Shown: positions 24,154 to 36,828 of the stretch, piece after piece
Position numbering within the stretch: position 1 is the first letter of the stretch
Layout: each line of letters begins with the position of its first letter
Source: Octopus vulgaris
Taxonomy: Eukaryota
DNA length: 64,000 nt
NCBI GenBank assembly: GCA_951406725.2
Contig: OX597815.1
Span: 15,190,001-15,254,000 of the forward strand
Reading direction: 5' to 3'
Translations under genes and position numbers: made by a program
The notes under the pieces: model-generated
What the model was told of the DNA's origin: nothing
The model's database searches: none
Seen by the model: only the letters and a program-made list of their open reading frames with translations

Positions 24154-24322
24154 CATATACGACAGGCTTCTTTCAGCTTCCGTCCACCAAATCCACTCAC
24201 AAGGCTTTGGTCGGCTCGAGGCTATAGTAGAAGACACTTGCCCAAGGTGCCACGCAGTGGGATTGAACCCGGAACCATGTGGTTGGTAAGCAAGCTACTT
24301 ACCACACAGCCACTCCTGCACC
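23893..24322 (-). mobile_element. Full-length SINE family B
   Basis: Head, CORE-like segment, internal microsatellite and tail. Confidence 0.9.
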
Positions 24323-24372
24323 TGTATTACATATTTTCTGTAAACTTCACTTCTCTTTAATACATTGTTTCA

Positions 24373-25601
24373 TTGGGTTGAGTCATAAATAATTTCCGAT
24401 TTTGTTAAACACTTTTGCCCATAAAAAAGTTTTAAGAAGAATTATTTTCAATTATCAGTAGAATTGCCACTATTTTGAATGTCCTCTTGTCATTTATCCG
24501 GTAGCTCTTTGATTCCTCTTGAGTAAAATTCAACTAGCTTCGACATGAAGAAGCTTTCCACTTACATTTTCACCTGGTCTTCCTGAGAAAATATTTTCCC
24601 CATCAAAGCATTTTGTTGAGGTGAAGAAGGTGGAAATTAGTTGGTGCAAGGTCTGGTGAATATGGTGGATAAAGTAGAACAAACCAGCCCAAATCCAACA
24701 GTTTACCCTGCGTGATTCTTGCTGAATATGGTCTTGCGTTATCATGGAGAAGCAAGACGTTTCTCCTGCTGACGCTTTCTTAAAAGATTTTCTTGCGCAC
24801 GTCGGCATTTGGTGTTTGATTGCGATTTAAAAAACTCAAAATGAGTAATATCGCGGTGATGCCACCACACACACAATATAACCTACCTTCTATGGAGTTC
24901 GGCCTTTGAGTTTGTTTGTGGAGATTTATCGTTATCCATCCACAGACTTTTGCGTTGAACATTGCCATAAAAGACCTATTTTTCATCACCTGTAATGATA
25001 TTATTGGGAAACGGGTTATTTCTCTGCCTTAAATGAAGACTTAGCGCTATGGACCTGCGATCTTTCTTATTTTTATCCTAAGAGTATGGGGACCCCAAAC
25101 AGCTAGCTTGCTGACTTTTCCCATTGCTTCCAACTGGCGGCAGACGATGGATTGGGATGTGCTGAAGTCAGTTGCTAATTCCTGAGAAGTTTTACATTAA
25201 TTTTACACTTGAATTCTCCTAATTCTCTTAAAGCATCGAGGTATTATGAGCGTCCTGGTCTGAGTTGATCTCTCAGTGACAAATCTCCGGAACGAAATTT
25301 TGAAAACCAATTTCGCACTTGCCGGTCAGAAATGACACTTTGGCTATAAACACTGCAAATTTTATTAGATGTTTCTCTGATGCTTTTCTATTCTTTAACT
25401 CCCTCAACATCTCGTGTTGAATATGCATTTCCAGTTTATTCATTTTAGGGGAGTGAAATTTAATATTAAACTATGATGAGCACGCTTTCACTGCTTAAAT
25501 ATGAATGACAGAAAAGGCCCTTTGAAAAGCGGTACTTCCCATTTCAGTTTTAGACATCTGAAGTTTGAAATGCGACTTTATAATTACTTATGATGACCCA
25601 A
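24373..25601 (-). mobile_element. Full-length but decayed mariner transposon (about 1.23 kb)
   Basis: Imperfect TIRs ttgggttgagtcataaataatt / ttgggtcatcataagtaatt; minus-strand motifs ITGDEK, HDNARPY and PYSPDLAP; frameshifts and stops. Confidence 0.9.
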
Positions 25602-25609
25602 TAATATTC

Positions 25610-25840
25610 CGCAGGGGTGGTTGTGTGTTCAAAAGGTTTCTTCCTAAACACATGGCTCTGAGTTCAGTCCCACTGCGTTGTCTCTTGGGTATCTTCTACT
25701 ATAGCCACAGACTGGCCAAAATCGTGTAAGCGGATTTGGTAGGCGGAAACTGAAAGAAGCCAGTCATATATGTATGGGCATATATGTGTGTGTGTGTGTG
25801 TGTTTATGTCTGTGATTGACCCCCACCATCGCATGACAAC
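25610..25840 (+). mobile_element. Diverged partial SINE family B
   Basis: B box gagttcagtccc and ggaaactgaaagaagcc. Confidence 0.75.
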
Positions 25841-25976
25841 TATCTGTAATAGACACTCAGACTAACTAACATATTCACATATTTAAGCATCATGCTTGAA
25901 ACTCTTGGAGTACCAACGAATTTGAATCAAACTGTTTTGATCCATATATATATACACACACACATATATATGTATG

Positions 25977-26070
<94 letters not shown>

Positions 26071-26545
26071 TAGATAGATAGACAGATGCATATATGGGTA
26101 CAGGACGTCATAAAACGTAAACAACATGAAATACGAAAACAAAGTTGAGTACGCAAACAACGAGAGAAACAAGTGGAAAACAATACAAGTATCATAATGA
26201 ACGACTCTTCATCAGTTGTCGGCTGTCCGTCTACGACTCATATATATATATATATTATATTTATTTATATAGAGACACATGTCTTTACACATACGTACAC
26301 ATACAGGTACACGCGCACAAACACATACACACACACAAATACGTATCTCAAAACGTCCTTGTCCAAAATGTTAATACCCTGAAATTCTCTCCCTGCCCAC
26401 GCTTTTTCTTAAAGGCGTTAATCTACAGACGTTTAGAAAATATATCAACTGAAGCACTATCACCTGTTTTTGACAACCTTCCAACATCAAGATCCCATAC
26501 CCCGAAACCCGACTAAATTATAAACGCGTAGTCCCTCCTGCCTGC

Positions 26546-27120
26546 CCGAGTCGCCTTTTTCCAGAAGATAGAGAACAGGATAAAAGTTGACGACAACGAA
26601 GTGTGACATTAAACAAAACGGTTCGAGAGGACATCGAATTTGCACTAGAGACTGACTCACCAGTCGTCCACTACCATTCTGCTGCATTGAAGCTGAACCT
26701 TCTGGCGCATCTCTGCATTTATCCTCATAAATGTTCATCCAAATAAAAATTACATTTAATGATGGCAGCAAACATTACAGACGATTAGGAACATCACAGA
26801 CCTCAGCCTGGATGATATTTATAGCAGACATCAAGGAGATAGGGATGCGTACGTGACTTAGACAGTCTGTTGGTGCATATATTTTTAACGGCTGTGTTGT
26901 ACATGCAGAAATATATATTTGTGCCAAAAGTGCACGTGCAAACATTGAATCACACGTGTGTTCTTTTACTGTGCACGAAGAAGCAAGGTGCAAAAAATGC
27001 AGACAGTTGCATGCAAGTGTAAGCGCGTCCACATGTTTGCTTGAATGTGGGAATATGTTAAGTGAGTCCGAGTGACTGTTACCGATTTTGTGTTTATGTG
27101 AAAGAGATTGTGTTTGTGAG
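26546..27120 (+). repeat. Local duplication, copy 1 (pre-insertion state)
   Basis: Co-linear with 29002-30200. Confidence 0.9.
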
Positions 27121-27822
27121 TGTGTGTGTGTGTGTGTGTGTTTATGTTTGTGTTTGATCCCCCACCATTGTGTGACAACCGGTACTGGAGTGGTTACATC
27201 TCCGTAACTTAGCGGCTCGGCAACTTCTTACCTAGGGCGAGCCCATAGCAATATCACATCTTCTCCACTATTTCAGTATTACGTGTTAAAAGTGAAACGA
27301 AAACATTTCTCTACTTTATGTCAGATATTTTCACTTTAACAATAAAAATTAGAGATAATAATAACAATTGAATTATATGTAGTAAGTAATAATTAAAATT
27401 AAACTAAAGTATAATATAATCGTAACATAACAAAAGTAAAAATAGCAATTGGTATAAAATTGCATCAATGACTTGAACTTGAATAAGTGGTAACAGGCTT
27501 TACAAAAAAACAATAAGTACTGGGGTCGATTCGTTCTCCTAAAGTTCTTCAAGGCGGTGCCCCCAGCATGGCCGTAGTCTAATGATAGAAACAAGTAAAA
27601 AATAAAAGACAACGTAAATAACTTTTTCAATCGGAGGCCATTCTCAAAATCTATTTTTAACATTAAAATCTGTGAATGTGTATATTAGGGGTTGTGGAAA
27701 TCTACCTCATCGGTGGCCGCTAACCCGAGTAACACGTACTAGAGTAGCAGGGAGAAAATTATGCAAATACGTTCTTTAGCAACACATAGAAAAACAATGT
27801 AAGAAACTGCGTATACACACAC

Positions 27823-27874
<52 letters not shown>

Positions 27875-27928
27875 ACAAAAATCAACTTGAACCACGTTCC
27901 TGGTATTCGTAATTTAGACGCATCAGGT

Positions 27929-28945
27929 ATGACCCGATTGTCAGCAGTGCAGAGAGAACAATCTATCGACCGATTACAAGCAGAGCAGCGTGCCCTGGAT
28001 GTTGCGAAATCTTACAATGTCCATGTTAGCACCATCTATCGCCTGTAACAGCCATGCAACACCCATCAGCACTGCAGACCGTCCCCGCAGAGGGTGCCCC
28101 CGGCTGACCACGTCTAGGCAGGACCGTTTCATCCACCTGTAACACCTCCGTGATAGCTTCAGACCGGCTGGCGTGAGAGCTTGCGAGACCATTAGCACTG
28201 GACAGCGATCCATTACCAACGACACTTTACGTCGTCGGCTGCCCATCAACACCTTGCCTCTGCCGTCGTCCTGCTTGAGGGCCTGTCCTCACTGCCCACC
28301 ACCGTCATGCACGACTAGAGTAGGCTACACAGCACCAGCATTGGCGGCATCAACAATGGAGCTCGATAGTCTTCTTTGACGAAGGTTGGTACTCCGTCTC
28401 CACATCGGGTGGCAGAGCGAGGATGTGGCGTAGGAGGAGTGAACGATACAGAGACGCGTGTGTCATGGAGAGAGACGCGTGGGGTAGTCAAAGCATGATG
28501 GTTTGTGGGGGCTATAGGTCTGAATCAGTGAAATGGGGCCTATGTGTTCCAAAATGTTGGTGCAGGCAGAGGGAATGGCATCACAGTTCAGCGCTACGTT
28601 GACCAAATCCTGAGACCTCACATCGTACTCTTCTTCGCGCGTCACCTTAGTCACATATTCCAGCTGGACAATGCTCCCTCCCACACGGCCAGGGTCATCA
28701 TGGACTTCCTGCGTCAACACAATATCAGAATCATGCTGTGTCCAGCTCTCAGCCAGGATTCGAACCTAGTTGAACACCTGTGGGATGAAATCCAGAGACG
28801 GCTGAACCAGGTGGTCAAAAGGCCGACAAATCCCGTGAAATTAGAGGCAGCTTTCCTCGGGGAGTGGACACAGGTGCCAATGGCTTTTGTGAACCGCCTC
28901 ATGCACTCCATGTATCGACAGTGCATGGCTGTTTTGAACACCCAG
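27929..28945 (+). pseudogene. Tc1-family transposase pseudogene
   Basis: MTRLSAVQREQ...NVHVSTIYRL, DRPRRGCPRLTT, FQLDNAPSHTAR...ALSQDSNLVEHLWDE (DD34E-type); stops and frameshifts; TIRs not found. Confidence 0.88.
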
Positions 28946-29183
28946 GTATTGAACCTTTTACGCCCTACAATCTCGATGTGCTGTATCCGCCTAAAACCTG
29001 TCCGAGTCGCCTTTTTCCAGAAGATTGACAACAACGAAGTGTGACATTAAACAAAACGGTTCAAGAGGACATCAAATTTACACTAGAGACTGACTCACCA
29101 GTAGTCCATTACCATTCTGCTGCATTGACGCTGAACCTTCTGTCACATCTCTGCATTTATCCACATAAATGTTTATCCAAATG

Positions 29184-29568
29184 GATGGAAGCACTCCGTC
29201 GGTTACGACGATGAGGGTTCCGGTTGATCCGATCAACGGAACAGCCTGCTCGTGAAATTAACGTGTAAGTGGCTGAGCACTCCACAGACACGTGTACCCT
29301 TAACGTAGTTCTCGGCGATATTCAGCGTGACACAGAGAGTGACAAGGCCGGCCCTTTGAAATACAGGTAGAACAGAAACAGGAAGTAAGAGTGAGAGAAA
29401 GTTGTGGTGAAAGAGTACAGCAGGGATCACCACCATCCCTGCCGGAGCCTCATGGAGCTTTAGGTGTTTTCGCTCAATAAACACTCACAACGTTCGGTCT
29501 GGGAATCGAAATCGCGATCCTACGACCGCGAGTCCGCTGCCCTAACCACTGGGCCATTGCGCCTCCAC
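29184..29568 (-). mobile_element. Full-length SINE family C with 13-bp TSD
   Basis: gtttatccaaatg at 29171-29183 and 29569-29581. Confidence 0.93.
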
Positions 29569-29659
29569 GTTTATCCAAATGAACAATGCATTTAATGATG
29601 GCAGCAAACATTACAGATGATTAGGAACATCAGTGACTTTAGCCTGGATGATATTTATA

Positions 29660-29894
29660 TATTTGTTTACTACCCACAGGGGGCTAAACATAGAGGGGAC
29701 AAACAAGGACAGACAAAGGAATTAAGTCGATTACATCGACCCCAGTGCGAAACTGGTACTTAATTTATCGACCCCGAAAGGATGAAAGGCAAAGTCGACC
29801 TCGGCGGAATTTGAACTCAGAACGTAACGGCAGACGAAATACGGCTACGCATTTCGCCCGGTGTGCTAACGTGTCTGCCAGCTCGCCGCCTTTT
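29660..29894 (-). mobile_element. Full-length SINE family A with 17-bp TSD
   Basis: cctggatgatatttata at 29643-29659 and 29895-29911. Confidence 0.93.
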
Positions 29895-30232
29895 CCTGGA
29901 TGATATTTATAGCAGACATCAAGGAGGTAGGGATGTGTACGTGAGTTAGAATGTCTGTTGGTGCATGTCTTTTTAACGCCTGTGTTGTGCATGCAAAAAT
30001 GTATATGTGAGTACCAAAAACGCACGTGCAAACATTGAATCATACGTGTGTTCTTTAACTGTGTACAAGAAGCAAGGTGCAAAGATTGCAGACAGTTGCA
30101 TGTAAGTGTGAGCATGTCCACATGCTTACTTAAATGTGTGAATATGTTAAGTGAGTCTGAGTGACTGTTACAGATTTTTATGTTTATGTGAAAGTGATTC
30201 TCTGTGTGTCCGTGTGTCCGTGTGTGTGTGTG

Positions 30233-30270
<38 letters not shown>

Positions 30271-30824
30271 TTTAGTGAAGTTGTGTGAATGTGCTACAGA
30301 TTTTGTATGTGCCAGAGATGGTGTCTGTGTTTGTAATGCTGTGGGAATTGCGCGTAGCTAAGTGTGTGCGTGCGTGTGTGTGTGTGTGTCTGTGTCTGTG
30401 TCTATGTGTGTGAGTGCATCTATGTGCATATCACGTGGCAAGCAGGCAAGGAGGCCAAGTGACACCTGATGATGAGGACTGCCTACTGTCATTAGAGTCA
30501 TCTCTTGAACTATTTAACACTTGAAAGCAACACTCGGAGAGGCACGGGGGAGAAAATTAGAGAGAAAAGTGGAGGGGTGGGGATAAGTGAACAAATAACA
30601 GAAGGAAAAGAAAAGAAAGAAAATAAGAAAGAAAGAGACGTAGAGAGTAACGTGGGGGTGTTTAGGTAGGTGAGAGGTAGAAGTGGAGAAAAAGGAGAGG
30701 CGTGGGAAATGAGGGAGGGAGGGAAAAATTATAAATAGTGAACATATAGTAGTGAATGCAAGGTCGTTGGAAACGGGGTTTTCAGTGATCAGGAGGAATC
30801 GCATCAACAATGAAAATAACTATT

Positions 30825-31608
30825 CTAGTCTACTCTAGGCACAAGGACCGAAATTTTGGAGGAAGGGGGCCAGCCGATTAGATCGACTCTAATAATACGC
30901 AACTGGTACCTAATTTATCGACCCCGAAAGGGATGAAAGGAAAAGTCGACCTCGGCTGAATTTGAACTCAGAACGTAAAGACGGACAAAATACCTATTTC
31001 TATTTCTTTACTACCCACAAGGGGTTAAAAACAGAGGGGACAAACAAGGACAGACAAACGGATTAAGTCGATTATATCGATCCCAGTGCGTAACTGGTAC
31101 TTATTTAATCGACCCCGAAAGGATGAAAGGAAAAGTCGACCTCGGCGGAATTTGAACTCAGAACGTAAAGACGGACATAAAATACCTATTTCTATTTCTT
31201 TATTACCCACAAGGGGTTAAAAACAGAGGGGACAAACAAGGACAGACAAACGGATTAAGTCGATTATATCGACCCCAGTGCGTAACTGGTACTTATTTAA
31301 TCGACCCCGAAAGGATGAAAGGCAAAGTCGACCTGAACGGAATTTGAACTCAGAACGTAAAGACAGACAAAATATATATTTCTTTACTACCCACAACGGG
31401 CTAAACACAGAGAGGACAAACAAGGACAGACAAACGGATTAAGTCGATTATATCGACCCCAGTGCGTAACTGGTACTTATTTAATCGACCCCGAAAGGAT
31501 GAAAGGCAAAGTCGACCTCGGCGGAATTTGAACTCAGAACGTGACGGCAGACGAAATACAGCTACGCATTTTGCCCGGCGTGCTAACGGTTCTGCCAGCT
31601 CACCGCCT
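30825..31608 (-). mobile_element. Tandem array of four SINE A bodies with a single head
   Basis: Junctions near 30991, 31183 and 31373; head only at 31557-31608. Confidence 0.9.
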
Positions 31609-31718
31609 TGTACAAAGAGAGATGTTATTATCAAATTGTAAACGGATATAGAAGAAATTCGGGGAAAAACTTTAGGAAATAGAAAACCGCAAGCAATTCT
31701 AGCAATATATAGTTTGAT

Positions 31719-31792
<74 letters not shown>

Positions 31793-32436
31793 TGCGTGCA
31801 GATGTGTGTGGGAGCGCGCGTATTTTGGTGCGTGTGTCTAAGTATGAATGAAGCATTAATTTCGAATAAAGGAGTAGGCCTCTATTACAAGTGTTTATTC
31901 TTTCGTTTGCTTATCGAACACACTACATACAAACACTCATACGTGCGTGCATGCACACACATTTTCGCGAGGTAGCAGCGTGTTATGATGCGCTGTCTAA
32001 GTTCCCTAGCATGTTGAGAGAAGAACGGAATGGCCGTGACAAAAATGCCTTTTCTTTAAGGTGCACTTTGTCAAGGTCGATCTACAGTTAAGTCACACCA
32101 AAAATTTGTAGCAGCTTCGTTATTCTTTGAACACCTTCATGGGATACACTTCGCTGGTGATATGCGCAGAACTTCACGCTCTGAACCGCACCTACTCTGC
32201 CCAACCGCCATCACGTATAAGCCATTGAAGGAGCCCTCTAGGCAGTCGTTCGATTTGTTAGCAGTAGGAACCGAAGTTTCTCAAAGCATTTCCTAATGTC
32301 TGTAAAAAAGAAAGGACACATTGGATAATGTGGTATTTGATAGCTGCAAAGCTTCTCAAATATTTAAATATCTATTCAGTTGCAGGTGTATACAACAACA
32401 ACAATAGCAATAACAACAACAATAGCAGCGACCTCA

Positions 32437-32795
32437 AGAGGCGCAATGGCCCTGTGGTTAGGGCTGCGGACTCGCGGTCGGAGGATCGTGGTTTCGATTC
32501 CCAGACCGTTGTGTGTGTTTATTGAGCGAAAACACCTAAAGCTCCACGAGGATCCGGCAAGGGGTGGTGGCGACTCCTGTTGTACTCCTTCGCTCCAACT
32601 TTCTCTCACTCTTTCTTCCTGTTTCTTGTCCCCGACTTCCTACGCAACCGCTGAGCCTGGATGCGCATTCATCCATCCGTCGATGCTCTCGGTGTCGGGG
32701 GTTGACCTGCTTTCTCTTCTGCGGGTCTTACGAACAGCAAGGGACCACGTTTCGGACTTCTCCCAAACGCCTAACAAACAAACAAACAAACAAGC
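32437..32795 (+). mobile_element. SINE family C, alternative-tail subfamily
   Basis: Shares the head with 55063; 3' half shared only with 57120; (CAAA)n tail. Confidence 0.85.
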
Positions 32796-33215
32796 AGCAA
32801 CATCAAACATACACAAAGAGACACAAAGAGAGTGGAGAAAGCACAACTTGCTCCGACTAACACGTTGTTCTTGTTCTTTCTACGTTTATCAGGTTGTGAA
32901 TGACAACTGCTGTCTTCTTGACAAGCTCTTTGTGCTTCACGTGGAATTGTTATGGGAGAATGCAAAAGTGGTTCCACTTGAGCTGCCTCCGAGTTTTTTT
33001 AATATCATTTTTTTCTCCTACAAAACACTGCAGCTCAGCGATAAACTACCACGTATTAAGGAAACAGAAGAATTTGGGAAACTAGTGATCGGTTGTATCG
33101 ATATTACAAAACAATCGGACCTTGATCCTACTGTTTAAACTTACCTGCCACATATCGGGGTTGGACAGCGTACATTCTAGTCTGTGTCTCTATGGTCGGT
33201 TTTATCTGTAATAAT

Positions 33216-33549
33216 AGTTTCAAATTTTGGCACAATGCCACATATGGAAAATAACCATTCTTATAACACACAGAAACCAGAGTACCCAGAAGAAGCCCAT
33301 ACGTCGATATTTGGATTTCAATACATGCTGTGATAAAGGAAGAACGTTGGTTTCAAATTTTGGTAGAAGGCCAGCAATATTGGGGGAGGGGATAAGTTTA
33401 CATTGATCCCAATGCTCAACAGGTACTTGTTTTATTGACCCCAAAAGGATGGGAGTAAAGTGAGCCTCAGCGGAATTTGAACTCAGAACGAAATGCTGCT
33501 ACGCATTTTCCCCCGCGTGCTAACGATTCGGCCAGCTCGCGGCTTTAAC
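33216..33549 (-). mobile_element. Diverged SINE family A insertion
   Basis: Flanked by tttatctgtaataat at 33201-33215 and 33550-33564. Confidence 0.75.
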
Positions 33550-33709
33550 TTTATCTGTAATAATGGACGTGTAGATTGCAAAAACGCAACAACGAATAGC
33601 AAAGTGCCACATGTATGTTATATCGGAGCTGACCCTGACTTGTGCAATAACAGTAAGAATTGATACTACAGCTTTGGCATACCATAGCCGTCTGCTCCTT
33701 ATAAATGGC

Positions 33710-33928
33710 CCAGACACGTTAGCGCGCCGGGCGAAATGCTTAGCGGTATTTCGTCTGTCGTTACGTTCTGAGTTCAAATTCCGCCGAGGTTGACTTTGCC
33801 TTTCATCCTTTCGGAGTCGATAAATTAAGTACCAGTTTCGCACTGGGGTCGATGTAATCGACTTAATCCGTTTGTCTGTCCTTGTTTGTCCCTTCTATGT
33901 TTAGCCCCTTGTGGGCAATAAAGAAATA
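33710..33928 (+). mobile_element. SINE family A
   Basis: Homology to the other A copies. Confidence 0.9.
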
Positions 33929-34377
33929 TATAAATGGCCACGTGATTCAGTGTGCCTCATGCTTAATGTGTCTGCTTCTTTCTATGCCATTGACCCTTTT
34001 GCCTTATTTTCCTTGGCTCATTTTATTTTGAATAAAGCAAATTATACTGACCAAAAGTTATTCAAACGTAAAAATCTTTTTCAACTGATCAACAGATCTG
34101 AGAAGACAATGTTATGATGGTGAAGTTCATTTCACCAGAACACGTTTCTATTTGTCCTTTGTATGCATCCCTTTCGTACAAACAAGGAGAAGATATTTTC
34201 TTTTTTCACCCTTAAGCACGTAAATATATTTTAACAAATGAATTCCTGTTTTCTTTATTCAAATCATCTTCCATTTTTGCGGGGAGTCGTGAACAATTAC
34301 CGCTACTTTTTGTTTATTTTCTCCGACTAAGAGGGAATTTTATTTTTATTGTATAGCATCCAAATTATCCAGATTTA

Positions 34378-35168
34378 TACCTATTTCTTTACTACCCACA
34401 AGGGGCTAAACATAGAGGGGACAAACAAGAACAGACATAGGTATTAAGTCGATTACATCGACCCCAGTGCGTAACTGGTACTTAATTTATCGACCTCGAA
34501 AGGATGAAAGGCAAAGTCGACCTCGGCGGAATTTGAACTCACAACGTAACGGCAGACGAAATACCTATTTCTTTATTACCCACAAGGGGCTAATCATAGA
34601 GGGGAACAAACAAAGACAGACATAGGTATTAAGTCGATTATATCGACTCCAGTACGTAACTGGTACTTAATTTATCGACCCCGAAAGGATGAAAGGCAAA
34701 GTCGACCTCGGCGGAATTTGAACTCACAACGTAACGGCAGACGAAATACCTATTTCTTTATTACCCACAAGGGGCTAATCATAGAGGGGAACAAACAAGG
34801 ACAGACATAGGTATTAAGTCGATTACATCGACCCCAGTGCATAACTGGTACTTAATTTATCGACCTCGAAAGGATGAAAGGCAAAGTCGACCTCGGCGGA
34901 ATTTGAACTCACAACGTAACGGCAGACGAAATACCTATTTCTTTATTACCCACAAGGGGCTAATCATAGAGGGAACAAACAAAGACAGACATAGGTATTA
35001 AGTCGATTACATCGACCCCAGTGCGTAACTGGTACTTAATTTATCGACCCCGAAAGGATGAAAGGCAAAGTCGACCTCGGCGGAATTTGAACTCACAACG
35101 TAACGGCAGACGAAATACCGCTAAGCATTTCGCCCGGCGCGCTAACGTTTCTGCCAGCTCGCCGCCTT
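34378..35168 (-). mobile_element. Tandem array of four 184-185 bp SINE A bodies with a single head
   Basis: Unit boundaries at 34378, 34562, 34747, 34932 and 35116. Confidence 0.93.
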
Positions 35169-36107
35169 ATACCAATGGTTCAATTGAGTCATTTCCCCCT
35201 GGTCATTTTATTTCTATCGGATAATACACCTATGTTTCTCTCTCTATCTCTTTCCCTATTAATCTCTCAACCACTGTCGGCCAAGTATGTCTTTCCCTTC
35301 TTTCTGTCTCTTTCTTCTGTCACTATCTTCCTCTTTCGAGATCAGCAATCCTGTCTCTCCTTATCCGTTTCTCTTTATCCGTTTCTCTTTATCCGTTTCT
35401 CTTCCTCTTTATTAACACTTTGCTCTACTGTTACCTCGCATACACACTCACACATACACACGCTTATCTCTCCCCACCCCTCTCTCTCTCTGTCTCTCCT
35501 GTCCTCCCCTTTCACTATCTTTCTCTCTCTCCTCTTTCTGACTACATTTCTCACCCTTTTACTCCAATTGTTCGCCAGTCACCTCTTTCACTTTCCTCAT
35601 CCTTCCACTCCTACTCAGTCTCTGAACACATCCTATAATTTATACTAGAACCTCATGTGGACGCTCGATATGCTAGAAATAGCAACCGAATCTCTCTCAG
35701 ATTAAACCCAGTCAAATTATTTTTTTTTTAAATAAAGGACATACTGCATAATCTGATCCTGGTTGAAAAGTATATAATAAACACTTGGGTTAATCCCGGC
35801 ATGAATGCCTTTGATCCTAGTTTTGTTGAAACGGAACTAACCTGAGGTTAAGCAGTGCCATCATATTGTAGAATACAATAGATGACGTCACAGCTGCATC
35901 AAATCATTGACTGAAAAATGTCACGTCCACCACCAAGCAATGCACACACGCACATGCACTGTGTGTACGTGTGTGAATGTGTGTGGCGTGTTGCGTGTGT
36001 GTGTTTGTGTATCTTCCTTGAAATGTCTCCGTCAATTGTTTATCTTCTAACAATAAGAAGTATTTTCCAGCATCCGCCACCACCAAAACAATAATCAAAA
36101 TTATTTA

Positions 36108-36828
36108 AGGCGGCGTGCAGGCAAAATACTGAGTGGCATTTCGTCCGTCTTTTTTTGTTCACAGTTCAAGTTCCACTGAGGTAGACTTTATCTCTCATCT
36201 TTTCGGGGTCGCTAAAATAAATACCTATTTCTTTACTACCCACAAGGGGCAAAACACAGAGAGGACAAACAAGGACAGACATAGGCATTATGTCGATTAC
36301 ATCGACCTCAGTGCATAACTGGTACTTAATTTATCTACCCCGAAAGGATGAAAGGTAAAGTCGCCCTCGGCGGAATTTGAACTCACAACGTAACGGCAGA
36401 CGAAGTACAGCAAAGCATTTCGCCCGGTGTGCTAACGCTTCTGCTAGCTCGCTGCCTTAAAATAAATACCAGTCGGTAAAATAAATACCAGTTGATCACT
36501 GGGGTCGATGTCATCGACTTGCACCCTCCTCCCAAATTGCAAGCCTTGTACCTTTAATAGAGAGGAATGTTGTTGTTGTTGTTGTTGTTGTTAAGGCATC
36601 TTGCTGGCAGAATCGTTAGCATACCGGGCAAAATGCTTAGCGGTATTTCGTCTGTCTTTACGTTCTGAGTTCAAATTCCGCCGAGGTCGACTTCGCCTTT
36701 CATTCTTTGGTGGTCGATTAAATAAGTACCAGTTACGCACTGAGGTCGATATAATCGACTTAATCCGTTTGTCTGTCCTTGTTTGCCCCCTCTGTATTTA
36801 GCCCCTTGTGGATAGTAAGGAAATAGGT
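36108..36828. mobile_element. Cluster of nested SINE A copies in both orientations
   Basis: A minus copy at about 36223-36458 interrupts an older plus copy; a further plus copy lies at 36595-36828. Confidence 0.85.

Larger units (their letters stand above)
29002..30200 (+). repeat. Local duplication, copy 2, with two SINE insertions
   Basis: Co-linear with 26546-27120 once the two SINEs are removed. Confidence 0.9.

Noticed and set aside
30468-30510. CTGATGA hammerhead core
   Set aside because: No GAAA or paired stems at a suitable distance.
32380-33138. 252-aa ORF
   Set aside because: The first half is a SINE C copy plus (CAA)n, and the remainder shows no recognisable domain.
34378-35168. 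CRISPR-like array
   Set aside because: The units are whole SINE bodies with no unique spacers, in eukaryotic DNA.
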